From Mobula hypostoma (taxonomy: Eukaryota): 64,000 bases of DNA. This document shows positions 39,069-51,419 of the stretch, piece by piece; the stretch's first letter is position 1, and each line of letters begins with the position of its first letter. A program made the position numbers and the translations under genes. The stretch covers positions 163,186,001 to 163,250,000 of the forward strand of contig NC_086097.1 in the NCBI RefSeq assembly GCF_963921235.1. The letters run 5' to 3'. The notes under the pieces are model-generated. The model was not told the origin of the DNA and ran no database searches. It was given only the letters and a program-made list of their open reading frames with translations.

Positions 39069-39908
39069 TAAGCTGATAGGAAGGTGACAGTAACTCAAAT
39101 GATCACTGTTACAACAGTGGTGTGCAGAAGGACATCTCTGATGCACAACACATCAAACCTTGAAGTGGCAGCAGCAAAATACTACGAACGTACACTCAAT
39201 GGCCACTGAGTATATTTCCAATGGTTTGGAATTCTCAAACTGTGGAATATAATCTAAAAATTAGAGCCCTGTCTTTTGGGAGAAAACAGAGAAAACACTT
39301 CAAGATTCATGGGTGGTAGAACTTTGGAGATGCAAACTGGTGTTGTTAATTTTCATTTCAATCTTTATCAAAAAATAAGTTTGAAATGCAATGTGGAAAG
39401 GACCTGACATTTGGAAGGATGGTACTTGTCATCCATGAGCTCACTGAATGCCAGAATGAACTACCTCTCTTTCCATGGTGGGAATGCCAAATTCTAGATG
39501 GCTTGCAGTAGGTAGATGATGAGAGGGGGAAGTTAAAAAGAGATGTATGGCTCATTTTTTTTTGTACAGAGAGTGGCAGGATCCAGGGGAAGTGTTAGAA
39601 GCATATACAATAGCAGTGTTTAATAGGCATTCAGACATGCACATGAACAGGCAAGGAACAGGGGGATAGAGATCATGTGGTGGCAGATGGGATTAGATAG
39701 ATTGGAATCATAGTGCAGATATGATGGGCTGAATTGTCATGACCTCTCAGGACAGGATCTCCTACATTTTAATCAAGTGCCCACTCGCTCTTCTCAACTC
39801 CAGTGATGTCTAACCTTTCAACAGAATTTCCACCAATTGGAGATATTAATCCAGTAACTGTTTCCATTGTACTATTATGCTGCCCCAAATAAAGGGACCA
39901 ATATACTA

Positions 39909-40131
39909 GCAATACACATAAAAATTGCTGGTGAACGCAGCAGGCCAAGCAGCATCTATAGAAGAGGTACAGTTGATGTTTCGGGCCGAGACCCTTAGTC
40001 CTGATGAAGGGTCTCGGCCTGAAACGTCGACTGTACCTCTTCTATAGATGCTGCCTGGCCTGCTGCGTTCACCAGCAATTTTTATGTGTGTTGCTTGAAA
40101 TTCCAGCATCTGCAGATATCCTCGTGTTTGC
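39909..40131. mobile_element. Palindromic PLE-derived insertion B
   Basis: Inverted arms 39909-39996 and 40007-40094, plus a 37-nt tail. TSD GACCAATATACTA at 39896-39908 and 40132-40144. Confidence 0.9.
39997..40033 (+). ncRNA. Minimal type I hammerhead ribozyme motif
   Basis: AGUC-CUGAUGA-AGGGUCUCGGCCU-GAAA-CG-UC-GACU; intact core and 4-bp stem I. Confidence 0.78.
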
Positions 40132-40325
40132 GACCAATATACTACACAGTTTTCAAGATGAGGACTCATTGATTTTCATTCTGTATCATGGAATTATAAA
40201 CTGCCTCCTCTTGTACTCAGTGCCCTATAGATTTCTCAATTACTTATCGTATCTGAATGCTAGTCTCATTCTCTTAAAAACTGTGGAAAGCTTCAGGGCT
40301 TTAAGTCTTTCCTTCTTGCCAGAAT

Positions 40326-41965
40326 AGTCAAAGTCAAAATTCAATGTATTATTTATTATCAGAGTACATACATATCACTATATACAACCCTGAGATTCTT
40401 TTTCTGCAGGCATACTTAACAAATCTATAGGACAGTAACTATGAACTGTAAACAAACTGTATAAATGCAGATATAAATAAATAATAATAAATAACAAGAA
40501 TTAAATAACAATCTAACTGAGTGTAGTTATCCCCTTGTGTTCAACAACCTGATGGTTGAGGGGTAGTAACTGTTCCTGAACCTGGTGGTGTGAGTCCTGA
40601 GGTTCCTGTAGATTCTATCTGATAGTGGCAGCGGGAAAGGGGCATGACTTGGTGGTGAGGATCTTTGATGATGGATGGTACTTTTCTACAGCAATGTTTC
40701 ACATAAATATTTTCAATGGTTGGGAGGATTTTACCCCTGATGTACTGGGACAAATCCACTACCTTTTGTAGGATTTTTCACTCAAAGGCTTTGGTGTTCC
40801 CATACCAGGCCATAATGCAGCCACTCAGCACACTTTTCACTGCACATCTAGATTATGAGAACAGTCAGTCCTCTTTTATTGTCATTTAGAAATGCATACA
40901 TGCATTAAGAAATGATACAATGTTTCTCTGGAGTGATATCACAGAAAACAGAACAAACCAAAGACTAACACTGACAGAACCACATAATTATAACATATAG
41001 TTACAGCAGTGCAAAGCAATACCATAATTTGATGAAGAACAAACCATGGGCATGGTAAATAAAGTCTCAAAAGTCCCCGAGTCGATCGACTCCTGAGTCC
41101 CCGATAGCAGGCGGCAAAAGGGAGAAACTCCCTGCCATAAACCTTCAGGCACCGTCAACTTGCCGATGCCTTGGAAGCAGCCGACCACAGCCGACACTGA
41201 GTCCATCCATCTGAAAACTTTGAGCTTCCGACCAGCCCCTCCGATACAGCCTCCCGAGCGCCATCCTCTGCTGAGCGCCTTCAACCTCGCCCCGCCGCTG
41301 AAACAAGCAAAGCCGAGGATCTTGGGGCCTTCTGCTCCGGCGATTCCGGTTACCACACAGCAGCAGTGGCAGCGAAGCGGGAATTTCAGAAGTTTTCCAG
41401 ATGTTCCTCTGTACTCTCATGTCTGTCTCCATCAATCAGGATTGTGCACGGTCCCCTACTTGACAGATAACAGATATTCATAACCGGAAAGGCCGCGCGC
41501 ACTGCTGTTGCACCGCCATCTTCTCCTCCGCCTATAGACGTTTCCCAAGGTTTTTGATAACATGCTAAACCTCTGCAGATTCCCAAAGAAGTAGAGGTGC
41601 TTTTGTGCTTTCTTCACAATAATATTTATATGATGGGTCAAGAACATGTCCTCAGAGAGGGTGACACCCAGGAGTGTAAAGTTACTGGCCCTCTCCACCT
41701 CTGAGCCTCCGATGATTACTAGCTCATCGACCACTGTTTTCCCTCTCCTGGTCTACAATCAGTTCCTTGATCTTTTTGACACACTGAGTGAGAGGTTGTT
41801 GTTATTACTCCATTCAGCCAAGTTTTCAATCTCCCTCCTGTATGGCGATTCATCACTCATTTTGATACAGCTCACAATAGTGGTGTCATCAGCAAACCTT
41901 TATATGGTGTTGGAGCTGTGCTCAGTCACACAATCATATGTGTAAAGTGAGTAGAGCAGGGGGCT
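40326..41965 (-). mobile_element. Rex1/Babar LINE, interrupted at 40862-41533
   Basis: YRFADDTTIV; GSEVERASNFTLLGV; LPTIENIY..C.RK..SIIKDPHH; TTTGA-type tail. Confidence 0.85.
40862..41533 (-). mobile_element. Non-autonomous element, second copy of the 13741-14477 family
   Basis: Collinear reverse-complement match from the AAGATGGCG head to the ATTTCTAAATGACAATAAA tail. Confidence 0.8.
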
Positions 41966-42540
41966 ATATCAAAAGGAGTATATTTAAGAGGAGAACTGGT
42001 ATAAATTCCTGCAGCCTGCTGAGAGTCGTTGATGTACAGCAGCATTATCTTTGCCTCAGCATACATAAAAACACGAATTTGATAGCTCTCTGAACTACAT
42101 TCAGTACTTATTTTTCTGTCTTTAACCTTGGAGCACCATTGCACACGAAAGCCTTCAATTTGAGTTCCTGATGATAAGGAAACATAATTTTTTTTTGCTC
42201 CTTTATCTCTTTTATACATCAATGGCACATAATTACACAGCTGCTGAGCATCAATGATACTTCACCAAAGTTCCCATTATTCATATGTGAGAGCTGACAG
42301 CAAATTCTGTAAAAGTATATCACAGCTTTCCCTACCAGGAGTTAAAAGATTACAATGATCAACGAGTATAAAATCCCTGCCCCCTGAAGAGGGCAGTTGT
42401 AATTCGATTCCCCCACGATGTCCATTTTAACAACCTCACTGAAAGGGAAACCATCTGGGTCAGCAGCAGAAATCTTTTTAAAAGTGTCAAGTGCATTGTG
42501 TAATGGAGATAGCTCTTACTGAAGGAAGCAATGTTGGTAG

Positions 42541-43090
42541 TATTGTGTTCTGTAACTGTAATACATAAAAATAATTCAAAGAAAATATGGAGCTGGGAAT
42601 AACATGTGTATAAGCAACGCACTCAAAATGCTGGGGGATCTCAATAGGCCAGGCAGCATCTATGGAAAAGAGTAAACAGTCGACATTTTGGGCCAAGACC
42701 GTTCGTCAGGATGCACGATGAAGGGTCTTGACCTGAAACATTGACTGTTTACATTTTTCCATAGATGCTGCCTGTCCTTTTTAGTTCCTCCAGCATTTTG
42801 TGCTGTTGCTTTGATTTCCAGGATCTGCAGATTTTCTCTTGTCTGAATAACATGTGTACTCCAGTTTTGCTTTTATTTTAAGCAAGACATGGGTGCATAG
42901 TGTGGTGGTGTGATGGTGGATGACATTCATGTACTTCTGCATATAACCAAAATGAATTTCTTAAACAACAAAGAATGCGTAATCAAACAATATGTTTATA
43001 ATATTACTCAAATATTAAATACACAAGTCTCCTTCCCGCTTAGCTATAAACTCCAATTCATTATAGAAAGCAGCTCAATTTATACGCACC
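42541..43090 (-). mobile_element. Gypsy 3' LTR with polypurine tract, interrupted by palindrome C
   Basis: Homologous to the LTR at 52801-54042; PPT-like CTAAGCGGGAAGGAGA (minus) at ~43028-43043. Confidence 0.7.
42611..42844. mobile_element. Palindromic PLE-derived insertion C (older, different subfamily, both hammerhead cores mutated)
   Basis: Inverted arms centred at ~42712; TSD GAATAACATGTGTA at 42597-42610 and 42845-42858. Confidence 0.85.
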
Positions 43091-43490
43091 TATACAGTCG
43101 TGGGGCCTACCAGGGGATCAGCTATACTGGATTGGGTGTTATGAAATGTACCAGAGGTGATTAGGGAACTTAAGGTAAAAGAACCCTTAGGAGGCAGTGA
43201 TCATAAAATGGTTGAGTTCAACTTGAAATTTGATAGGGAGAAAGTAAAGTCTGATGTAGCAGTGAGTAAAGGAAATTACAGTGGTATGAGAGAGAAGTTA
43301 GCCAAAGTAAATTGGAAGGAGATGATGGTGGGGATGACAGCAAAACAGCAATGGTGTGAATTTCTGGGAAAAATGAGGAAGGTGCAGGATAGATGTATTC
43401 CAAAAACAAAGAAATACTCAAATGGCAAAATAGTACAACTGTGGCCAAGGGAAGTCAAAGCTAAGGTAAGAAGCAAAAGAGAGGGCATAT

Positions 43491-44163
43491 GATTGCCGAT
43501 TGCGTCGCCGCTGATCTGGGCCGACATTTACGTGCTGGGCGGCACCTAATTAATTAGCTTGTTTATTTCGGCTTTTTTCTTAAAGATGTGCTGGGTGCGT
43601 CCCGGCCACCGCTGCACCACTGCATGCTTTGCAGATCGGTATCGGTCTGCGGCCTGGAGGTTGGGGACCACTGCACCACCCCAACCTCCGACGACTCAGC
43701 CTAACACACCATCATCAGTGTGCTCAGCGCTGTCTTCCCGATTCCGGTAAGTGATAGTACGCTGTACATACATTATTTCTACTTTTATATAGGCTGTGTA
43801 TTTTTATGTGTTATTTGGTATGATTTGGCAGCTTCATAGCTTAAAGGTTATTGGAAAGTCTGTTTCTGCCGAGAGCACTTGCGTGAGATTTTCGCTACGG
43901 TGGACAGTGTGGCAATGATTGTAGAAAAGTATTTCTATTTTATATAGGCTGTGTACTTATCATGTCATTCCTGCTTATATATTACTGTTATTTTAGGTTT
44001 TATGTGTTATTTGGCATGATTTGGTAGGTTATTTTTTGGGTCTGCGAACACTCACAAATTTTGCCCATGTAAATAAGTGGTAATTGCTTCTTCACTTTAC
44101 GACATTCCGGCTTACGAACTGTTTCACAGGAACACTCTACCTTCGGATGGCAGGGGAAACCTA
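43491..44163 (+). mobile_element. Tigger/pogo 3' portion
   Basis: Ends with the TIR CTTCGGATGGCAGGGGAAACCTA|TA; reverse-complement match to 49248-49920. Confidence 0.8.
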
Positions 44164-44425
44164 TAGACGTCACTTATACCGGTGCATTAGAGGAGTGTGG
44201 TCCAGTAGCGCTTACAGCCACTGTTGAGAGGTTGATGATGAAACATATCACTCCTACCTGAAAAGCCTGAATTTTCTTTTGGATCTAGAGGACTGGAAAA
44301 TTGCAAATGTCACTCCACTCTTTAACAAGGCAGGAAGGCAAAAGAAAGGAAATTCTAGGCCAGTCAGCCTAACCTCAGTGGCTGGGAGTGTTGGAGTCCA
44401 TTATTAAGGATGAGGTTTTGGGGTA

Positions 44426-47008
44426 CAGGTTTCCCCCACTATCTGAAGGTACAGTGTTCCTATGAAACGGTTCGTAAGCCGGAATGTCGTAAAGTGAATA
44501 AGCAATTACCATTTATTTATATGGGAAAAATTTCTGAGCGTTCCCAGACTCAAAAAATAAACTACAAAATCATGCCAAATAACACATAGAATCTGAAATA
44601 ACAGTAACATATAGTAAAAGCAGGAATGATATGATAAATACACAGCCTATATAAAGTAGAAATACTTTTCTGCAACTTGCAGCACTGTCTAGCGTAGCGA
44701 AATCTCATGGCAGCTCTCTGGGTGGAAGGGCTCTCGGCAGAAACATGGCGCAAGCGCTCTCGGCAGAAACACTCACTCCAGTAACCTTTAAGCTATGAAG
44801 CTGCCAAATTATACCAAATAACACATAAAAATACACAGCCTATATAAAGTAGAAATAATGTATGTACAGTGCAGTTTCACTTACTGGAATCGGGAAGACA
44901 GTTTCCTCCAAAAGTCATTTCTCATCGAGACTCTTAGCCTATGTGGAGCATCTCCAATGTTGCCGATTGCCAATTTTATATTGTATTCTTTCCAGACCTC
45001 TCGTAAAGACCCTTCGGAGTTGCCCTCTGTCAATGGTACTTACAATAAAATGCATCACATTTTGCGTATAGTAAGCCTTAGTTGTGGCTATTAGGCCTTG
45101 ATCACACGACTGCAGCAACAATGTCGTATTCGGCGATAAGAACGCACAACTCATCTAACAACTGAGCGATCCGCTCCGCCCCTTTAGGGGTGGACAATAT
45201 CCCAAAAGCCAGGCGGAGCCTGCCATAGCTGGAGCATTTATCCGCAGACACTACCTCTGAATCAGACCACTCTTTCCCCTCTCTCCTAACCGTATGGACA
45301 GCCCCTGGTCCCGCTGGCACTGGCAGTCCCACCACCAACTCGTCAGCGCTAGTCTGAACTTGAACAAAGATGCCACCCAACACGCATGCAGTAATAACCA
45401 GCAATAACACAGAGACACACATTACTAACTGCAATCCCACAGAGACACAGCAGCACTGATTTAAACAGAGCAATCACACAGCACACCACTGAATCCAATC
45501 CCGGACAAGCCCCCAAATGTAGCTCCCTAGTAGGCCTCAGGCTCGCTTAACTCACTTTCGTCTAGGGGAAGCAGCCTTCGGTCCCGCCAAACTGGGTATT
45601 CAAGTTTGTGTGGATGCTGTGTGATGTACCCCACCCCGCCAAATAATAGACGATACACCATATGCGATTAAATGATTACAATTTATAGATATTACTGGAA
45701 CTATGTAATTAACAGAGATAAAATATAAAAGGAAAGTAAAAGGCGCCAAACTTATCAAAGTTCAACCACTTCATGCACAACAGTTGGAGCTCAAGTAACG
45801 GGGTCCTCTTTCCACCATTCGATCCCCTCTGACCACCTCAACCCGCCGCCTGGGACCAATCACGGTGGTTGACCAGATGCTCCACACGAGTCTGTCTTCA
45901 TCTCCTCTCCTCCCCGAGGACTCTGGGCCTCGGACTCCCACTCGGGGTCCATCCCGTCGGCCAGCTTACAGCATCATGTCCACTCTCTCTGTCCCCATCG
46001 CGCCTTCTGCCCCAAAGCCCGCACAACACAATAGCTTACAGACACACGAGAAAGAATAACATCTATCCCAATTGGTTTGTTCTCTCTCTTATCAATAATA
46101 TAACCCAAACAAGCAGAGAGAGAGAACTCCTTACATAGCAGTTATTTCAGAAAAGCCATTTTAATTATAATATAACAAAGAAGCCATTTTGATTTGCCTA
46201 TGCAGTAACATAAAAGAAGAAACCCCTTACATGAATAACCACCTTCTGTAATTATTTTCTTCAGTTCTGCTGGGAACTTTTCGGCAGCTTGAGTATCAGC
46301 TGAAGCACTCTCTCTGGTAAACGTTAAACTGTGAAGCTGCCCTTGCCTCAGAAACCGATCAAACCACCCATGACTACCTTTAAATTCCACTTTCGCAACA
46401 CTTTCATCACTATCGCCCAGTGCTTTTTGTTTCAGCTTATTAAAAAGATTGACTGATATCTCCTTAAGTATAAGAAAACTTAACGGAACACCACGCTTTG
46501 TACACCCATCAATCCAGTCAAGCCATAGACTTTCCATTTTATCCATTATTGGATGCCGACTAAGAGAGACCACTTTGCTACGAGCAGAACCAACGGTAAC
46601 ATCGGCAGCTTTCAAAATTCTTTCTCTCTGTGTATAAATAGTGTGAATGGTGGACGCAGCCAAGTTCAACGCACGGACAATGTCCTTACTTCATTCACCA
46701 CGATCGAAACGCTTAATTATGTCTAGTTTTATGCTAAGTGTAACACCCTTACGAGTTCTTTTAGGTTTTTCCGATACCTTAGAACTCATCTTGCTAACGG
46801 ATGCACAAAATAAATCGAGATAAATCACATGTTAAAACAATGGCGGCTAGAATGCAGTTCCGGGGGAGGAGCTTGGCTGTTTAGGCGCGCGCTGCATTTT
46901 TTCGTAACGGTGAAAACACCCTCTGTTAGCGAAAACAGGTAACTAATGTAGGTCTTTTGTTACAGCGAGGTGTCATAAAGCGAACGTTCGGAAAATGGGG
47001 GCCACCTG
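44426..47008 (-). mobile_element. Tigger/pogo DNA transposon with N-terminal transposase remnant (46789 down to 46232)
   Basis: TIRs CAGGTTTCCCCC / GGGGGCCACCTG at a TA site; MSSKVSEKPKRTRKGVTLSIKLDIIKRFDRGE (psq HTH) and FKGSHGWFDRF...ESASAD (CENP-B HTH). Confidence 0.88.
44900..46231 (-). mobile_element. LTR element 5' portion (LTR 45518-46231, tRNA-Pro PBS, leader) nested in the Tigger
   Basis: Minus strand reads ...GCTACA TT TGGGGGCTTGTCCGGGAT (PBS 45498-45515, one mismatch to the tRNA-Pro PBS); LTR homologous to 21992-22626. Confidence 0.8.
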
Positions 47009-48339
47009 GTACTTGGAGACTAATGATAAAATAAGTCAAAGTCAGCATGGTTTCTGTAAAGGGAAATCTTGCCTGACAAATCTGTTAGAGTTCTTCAAGG
47101 AAGTAACATGCAGGGTGGACAAGGAGAAGCAGTGGATGTCATTTACTTGGATTTTTAGGAGGCATTTGATAAGGTGCCATACATAAGGTTGCTTAACAAG
47201 ATAAATTCTATAGCGTTACAGGAAAGATACTGGCGTGGATAGTGGAAAGGCTGACAGGCAGGAGACAGAGAGTGAAAATAAAAGAAGCAATTTCTGGTTG
47301 GCTGCCAGTGACTAGTGGTGTTCCTCAGGGGCTGTCATTGGGACTGCTATTTTTCACAATGTTTGACAATGATTTGGGTAATTTAATTGATGGCTTTGTG
47401 GTGAAGTTTGTGGATGATACGAAGATAGGTGGAGGGGCAAGTAATGCTGAGGAAGCAATGTGATGGCAGAAGTACTTAGACAAATTGAAAGAATGGGCAA
47501 AAAAGTGGCAGATGGAATACAGTGTTGTGAAATGTATAATAATACATTTTGGTAAAAGGAACAAAAGTGCACACTATTATATAAATGGGGAGAAAATTCA
47601 AACATCAGAGGTTCAAAGGGATTTAGGAGTTCTCTTGCAAGACTCCCAGAGGTTTAATTTACAGGTTCAGTCTGTGGTAAAAACGGCAAGTGCAATGTTG
47701 GCAATAACTTCAAGGGGAATAGAATGTAAAAACAAGGAGATAATTCCAAGGCTTTATAAGACTCTAGTCAGGTCATGCTTGGAGTATTGTCAACAGTTCT
47801 GGGCTCCATATCTCAGAAAGTATGTGTTGTCATTGTTGAGAGTCCAGAGGAGGTTCATGAAAATGATTCCAGGAATGAAAAGGTTAACATATGAGGAGTG
47901 TTTGGCAGCCTTGGGCCTGTACTCACTGGAATTTAAAAGAATGCATGGAGATCTCATTGAAACTTACCGAATGTTGGAAGGACTAGAAAAGGTGGATGTG
48001 AAGAGATGTTTCCTATGTTGGGGGTGTCCAGTTCTAGAGGACACAGCCTCAAAATTGAGGGGTGACCATTTAGAACAGAGGTAAGGAGGATTTCTTTTTT
48101 AGCCAGAGATTGGTGAATCTGTGAAATGCTCTGCCACAGACAACTGTGGAGGTCAAGACTGTGGGTATATTTAAAGTGACCATTGATAGTTTCCTGATTG
48201 GTCAGGACATCAAAGGTTATGGCAAGAAGTCAGTGTATGGGGTTGAGTGGGATCTAGGATCAGCCATTATGGAATAGCAGACCAGAGTCAATGGGTTGAA
48301 TGGCCCAATTCTGCTCCTATTTCTTATGGTCTTATGGTC

Positions 48340-50890
48340 TGAGCGATTGGACCTGCTCCAATTTGCCTACTGGTGCAACATGTCCACAACAGATGCCATC
48401 TCACTGGATCTTCAATCAGCCATGGAACATCTGTTCAGCAAAGATGAATTCATCAGGAGGTTTCCCTTTATTGACTACAGCTCAACATTCAATGCTATCA
48501 TGCTGTCAGAACTATTCAATAGGCTTCCAGATCTTGAATACCTCGTACAATTGAATCCTTTATTTCCTCACATGCAGACCTCAGTCTGTTCGGAATGGCA
48601 ACAACGTCTCCTCCACAATTTCTCTCAGCACAGTGTACCACAAGGCTATGTGCTTATCTCTGCTCTGCTTGCATTATTCTTATGACTGTGTGGCTAAGCA
48701 CTGCTCCAATAACATAGATTCAAGTTTGCTGACGACACCACTGTTGTAGGCCAAATCAAAGGTGGTGAAGAAACAGCAATGAGGAGGGTCCAGACTGATT
48801 TGTTCATTGACCATATCTACAGAGTGTTATCTTGGGAAAGCAGCATCCATCTTCAGGGACCACCGTCACCCAGGTTACGCTCTCTTCTCACTGCTGCCAT
48901 AAGGAAGAAGGTACAGGAGCCTCAGGACTCACACCACTAGGTTCAGGAACAGTTTTTATCCCTCAACCATTAGGCCCTTGAACCAAATGGGATAACTTCA
49001 TTCAGCTTCACTTGCCCAGTCACTGAAATGTTCCCATAAGCTATGGACTCACTTTCAAGGGCTCTTCATCTCCTGTTCTCACAAATTTATTGCTTACTTA
49101 TTTATTATTAATATTGTTTTATTTTTCTATTTGCATAGTTTATTGTCTTTTGCATATTCATCGGATGCCCAAGTTGGTACTGTCTTTCATTGATTCTATT
49201 ATGGATTTATTGAGTATACCTGCAAGAAAATGAATCTCAGTGTTGTACAGGTTTCCCCCGCCATCCGAAGGTAGAGCGTTCCTATGAAACGATTCGTAAG
49301 CCAAAACGTGGTAAAGCGAAGAGGCAATTACCATTTATTTATATGGGACAATTTTGCAAGTGTTTGCAGACCCAAAAATAACCTACCAAATCATGCCGAA
49401 TAACACATAAAACCTAAAATAACAGTAACGTATAGTAAAAACAGGAATGATATGATAAATACAGTCTATATAAAGTAGAAATACTTCTCTGCAATGATTG
49501 CCTGCACAGATCTCTGTAGCAAAAATCTCACGCAAGCACTCTCGGCAGAAAATCCAACGCAAGCGCTGTTGGCGTAAATGCGCTCTCCAGTAACCTTTAA
49601 ACTACGAAGCTGCCAAACCTACCAAATAACACGTAAAAATACACAGCCTATATAAAGTAGAAATAATGTACGTACAGTGTAGTATCACTGACCGGAATTG
49701 GGAAAACAGTGCTGAGCACACTGATGATGGTGTGTTAGAGTGAGTCATCGCAGGCTGGGTGGTGCAGTGGCCGCCGACCCGATACATTGCTGCGAAAAAT
49801 GCATCAGTAGCCGGGAGGCACACAGCACATCGTTAAGAAAAATGCCGAAATAAACATGCTAATTAATTAGGAGCTGCACGGCACGTAAATGTTGGTGCAG
49901 ATCAGAGGCAATTGCCCATTGCATCGCCTCTGATCTGGGCCAACAATTATGTGCTAGGCGGCACCTAATTAATTAGCATGTTTATTTCGGCTTTTTTCTT
50001 AAAGATGTGCTGTGTGCTTCCTGGCTACCGTTGCGTTCTTCGCGAATCGGTACAGTGTCTGTCCGGGGCCCAGGTGTTGGGGTGGTGGGACACGGGGGTG
50101 TCATCTCATCGTCGATCAGGGCAGGCAGCTCATCTTCTCCTATGACTGCCCGCCTCGATGTTGAAGGTCGAGGTTCGTTGTCTGCTGTGGCTGATGTGGA
50201 AGGTTTGCTTAACTGCTGAGCCTCCCGCATTTTTCTATCATGCAGTTGTTTGTAAGCACTCAAACCATCCTGCAAATATCCCCTAAACCTACGTACCCTT
50301 TCAAAATTAAAGTCGTACTTTATCGCTGCAGCGAAAATCTCATGCAGTTGCTTCACTTTCTGCACTCGGTTTCGATTGTTATCCTTTCCTCTTCCAATTG
50401 CATCAGCTCTTCATCTATCAGTTCTTGGTCATGGGATGCCAAAACCTCTTCAACATCATCTTTGTCAACTTCCACAAGCCAAACTCACTTTGTCCTTGCT
50501 TCGTTCACCACGATCGAAACGCTTAATTATGTCTAGTTTTACGCTAAGTGTAACACCCTTACTCTTTCAGGCTTTTCTGACACCTTAGAACTCATCTTGC
50601 TAATGGCTGCTCAACGCAACGTGTTTAAGCAATGCCGTTCCGAATCCGGGACAGAGCGGCTGCTCAGGGCGCGCGCTGCCTTTTATCATGCGCTGATTTT
50701 TTCGCGTGCTGATTTTTTATCGCGCGCTGCCTTTCTTCGTAACAGTGAAAACACCTTCTGAAAGCAAAAACGGGGTTCTAATGTAGGTCTTTCGTAACAG
50801 TGAGGTTTCGTAAAGTGAACGTTCGAAAAGCGGGGGACACCTGTATATGGTAACGTTTGTACTTGATAATAACTTTACTTTGAACTTTAA
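48340..50890 (+). mobile_element. Rex1/Babar LINE (5' piece at ~44200-44264), 3' UTR split by a Tigger
   Basis: LDLLQFAY, FIDYSSTFN, VPQGYVL, KFADDTTVVG; tail TTTACTTTGAACTTT at ~50873-50888. Confidence 0.85.
49248..50843 (-). mobile_element. Non-autonomous, internally deleted Tigger/pogo (1596 bp)
   Basis: TA|CAGGTTTCCCCCG...CGGGGGACACCTG|TA. The transposase N-terminus (ATG ~50595) is joined at ~50490 to the acidic C-terminus; no CENP-B HTH or DDE domain. Confidence 0.9.
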
Positions 50891-51419
50891 ACTCTTATTA
50901 ATCCTTCTCTGGGTCCCTTTATGATCTGATCACTCCTCTTGGTTTCCTCATCCACAACGTCATCGGATGAATCCTCTGTTTTCTTAACTCCATTGACTCC
51001 TTTTTTTTGGACTTCTATTTATCCAGCTGAGATTTGGTTTTTGCATCTACTTTTATGTAGCCACTTTTTGTCTACCACTTGAAGTCCATGCAATAACCTT
51101 AATGCATACAGATTAGATTCGGCATCTCTATTCTCACAAAAGCCAAATGCTTGCTGCTTTCCTGAAGCTCCCTGAACTCTCTTGTAGCTTAAAATCAAGC
51201 TACGTTTCCACATCAGAAGGTTTCTCTAATATGCCACCTATAGAAGCTGTTATAGTTGGACCACTGCTTTTGTTACTTTCCTGATTCCTCTGAGCAGCAT
51301 GGTCCAATATGCTTTCCAAGCAGAGAGACAGAGGTTGACAATAACACCTGTTTCCCCTCTATTGGGGAACAGTTCATGGTGTATAGCATGGAGACAGTCT
51401 TGGAAATATTTAATGTCTT

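Larger units (their letters stand above)
35511..39212 (+). mobile_element. Tc1-type DNA transposon (truncated transposase), interrupted by a CR1 and a non-autonomous element
   Basis: TA|CACTCAGTGGCCAC...TGGCCACTGAGTA|TA termini; MGKKCNLSD...GMIVGARWGGLSISENADLL paired-like HTH at ~38059-38200. Confidence 0.8.
44265..48338 (+). mobile_element. CR1 LINE RT and 3' end, split by a Tigger and itself inside a Rex1
   Basis: EDWKIANVTPLF (~44290-44325); SQHGFCKGKSCLTNLLEFF; SGVPQG; KFVDDTKIGG; tail TCTTATGGTCTTATGG. Confidence 0.9.

Noticed and set aside
46142..46669. CENP-B/TIGD-like ORF as a domesticated host gene
   Set aside because: Lies between TIRs, has an upstream in-frame stop, and is cut by an LTR before the DDE domain.
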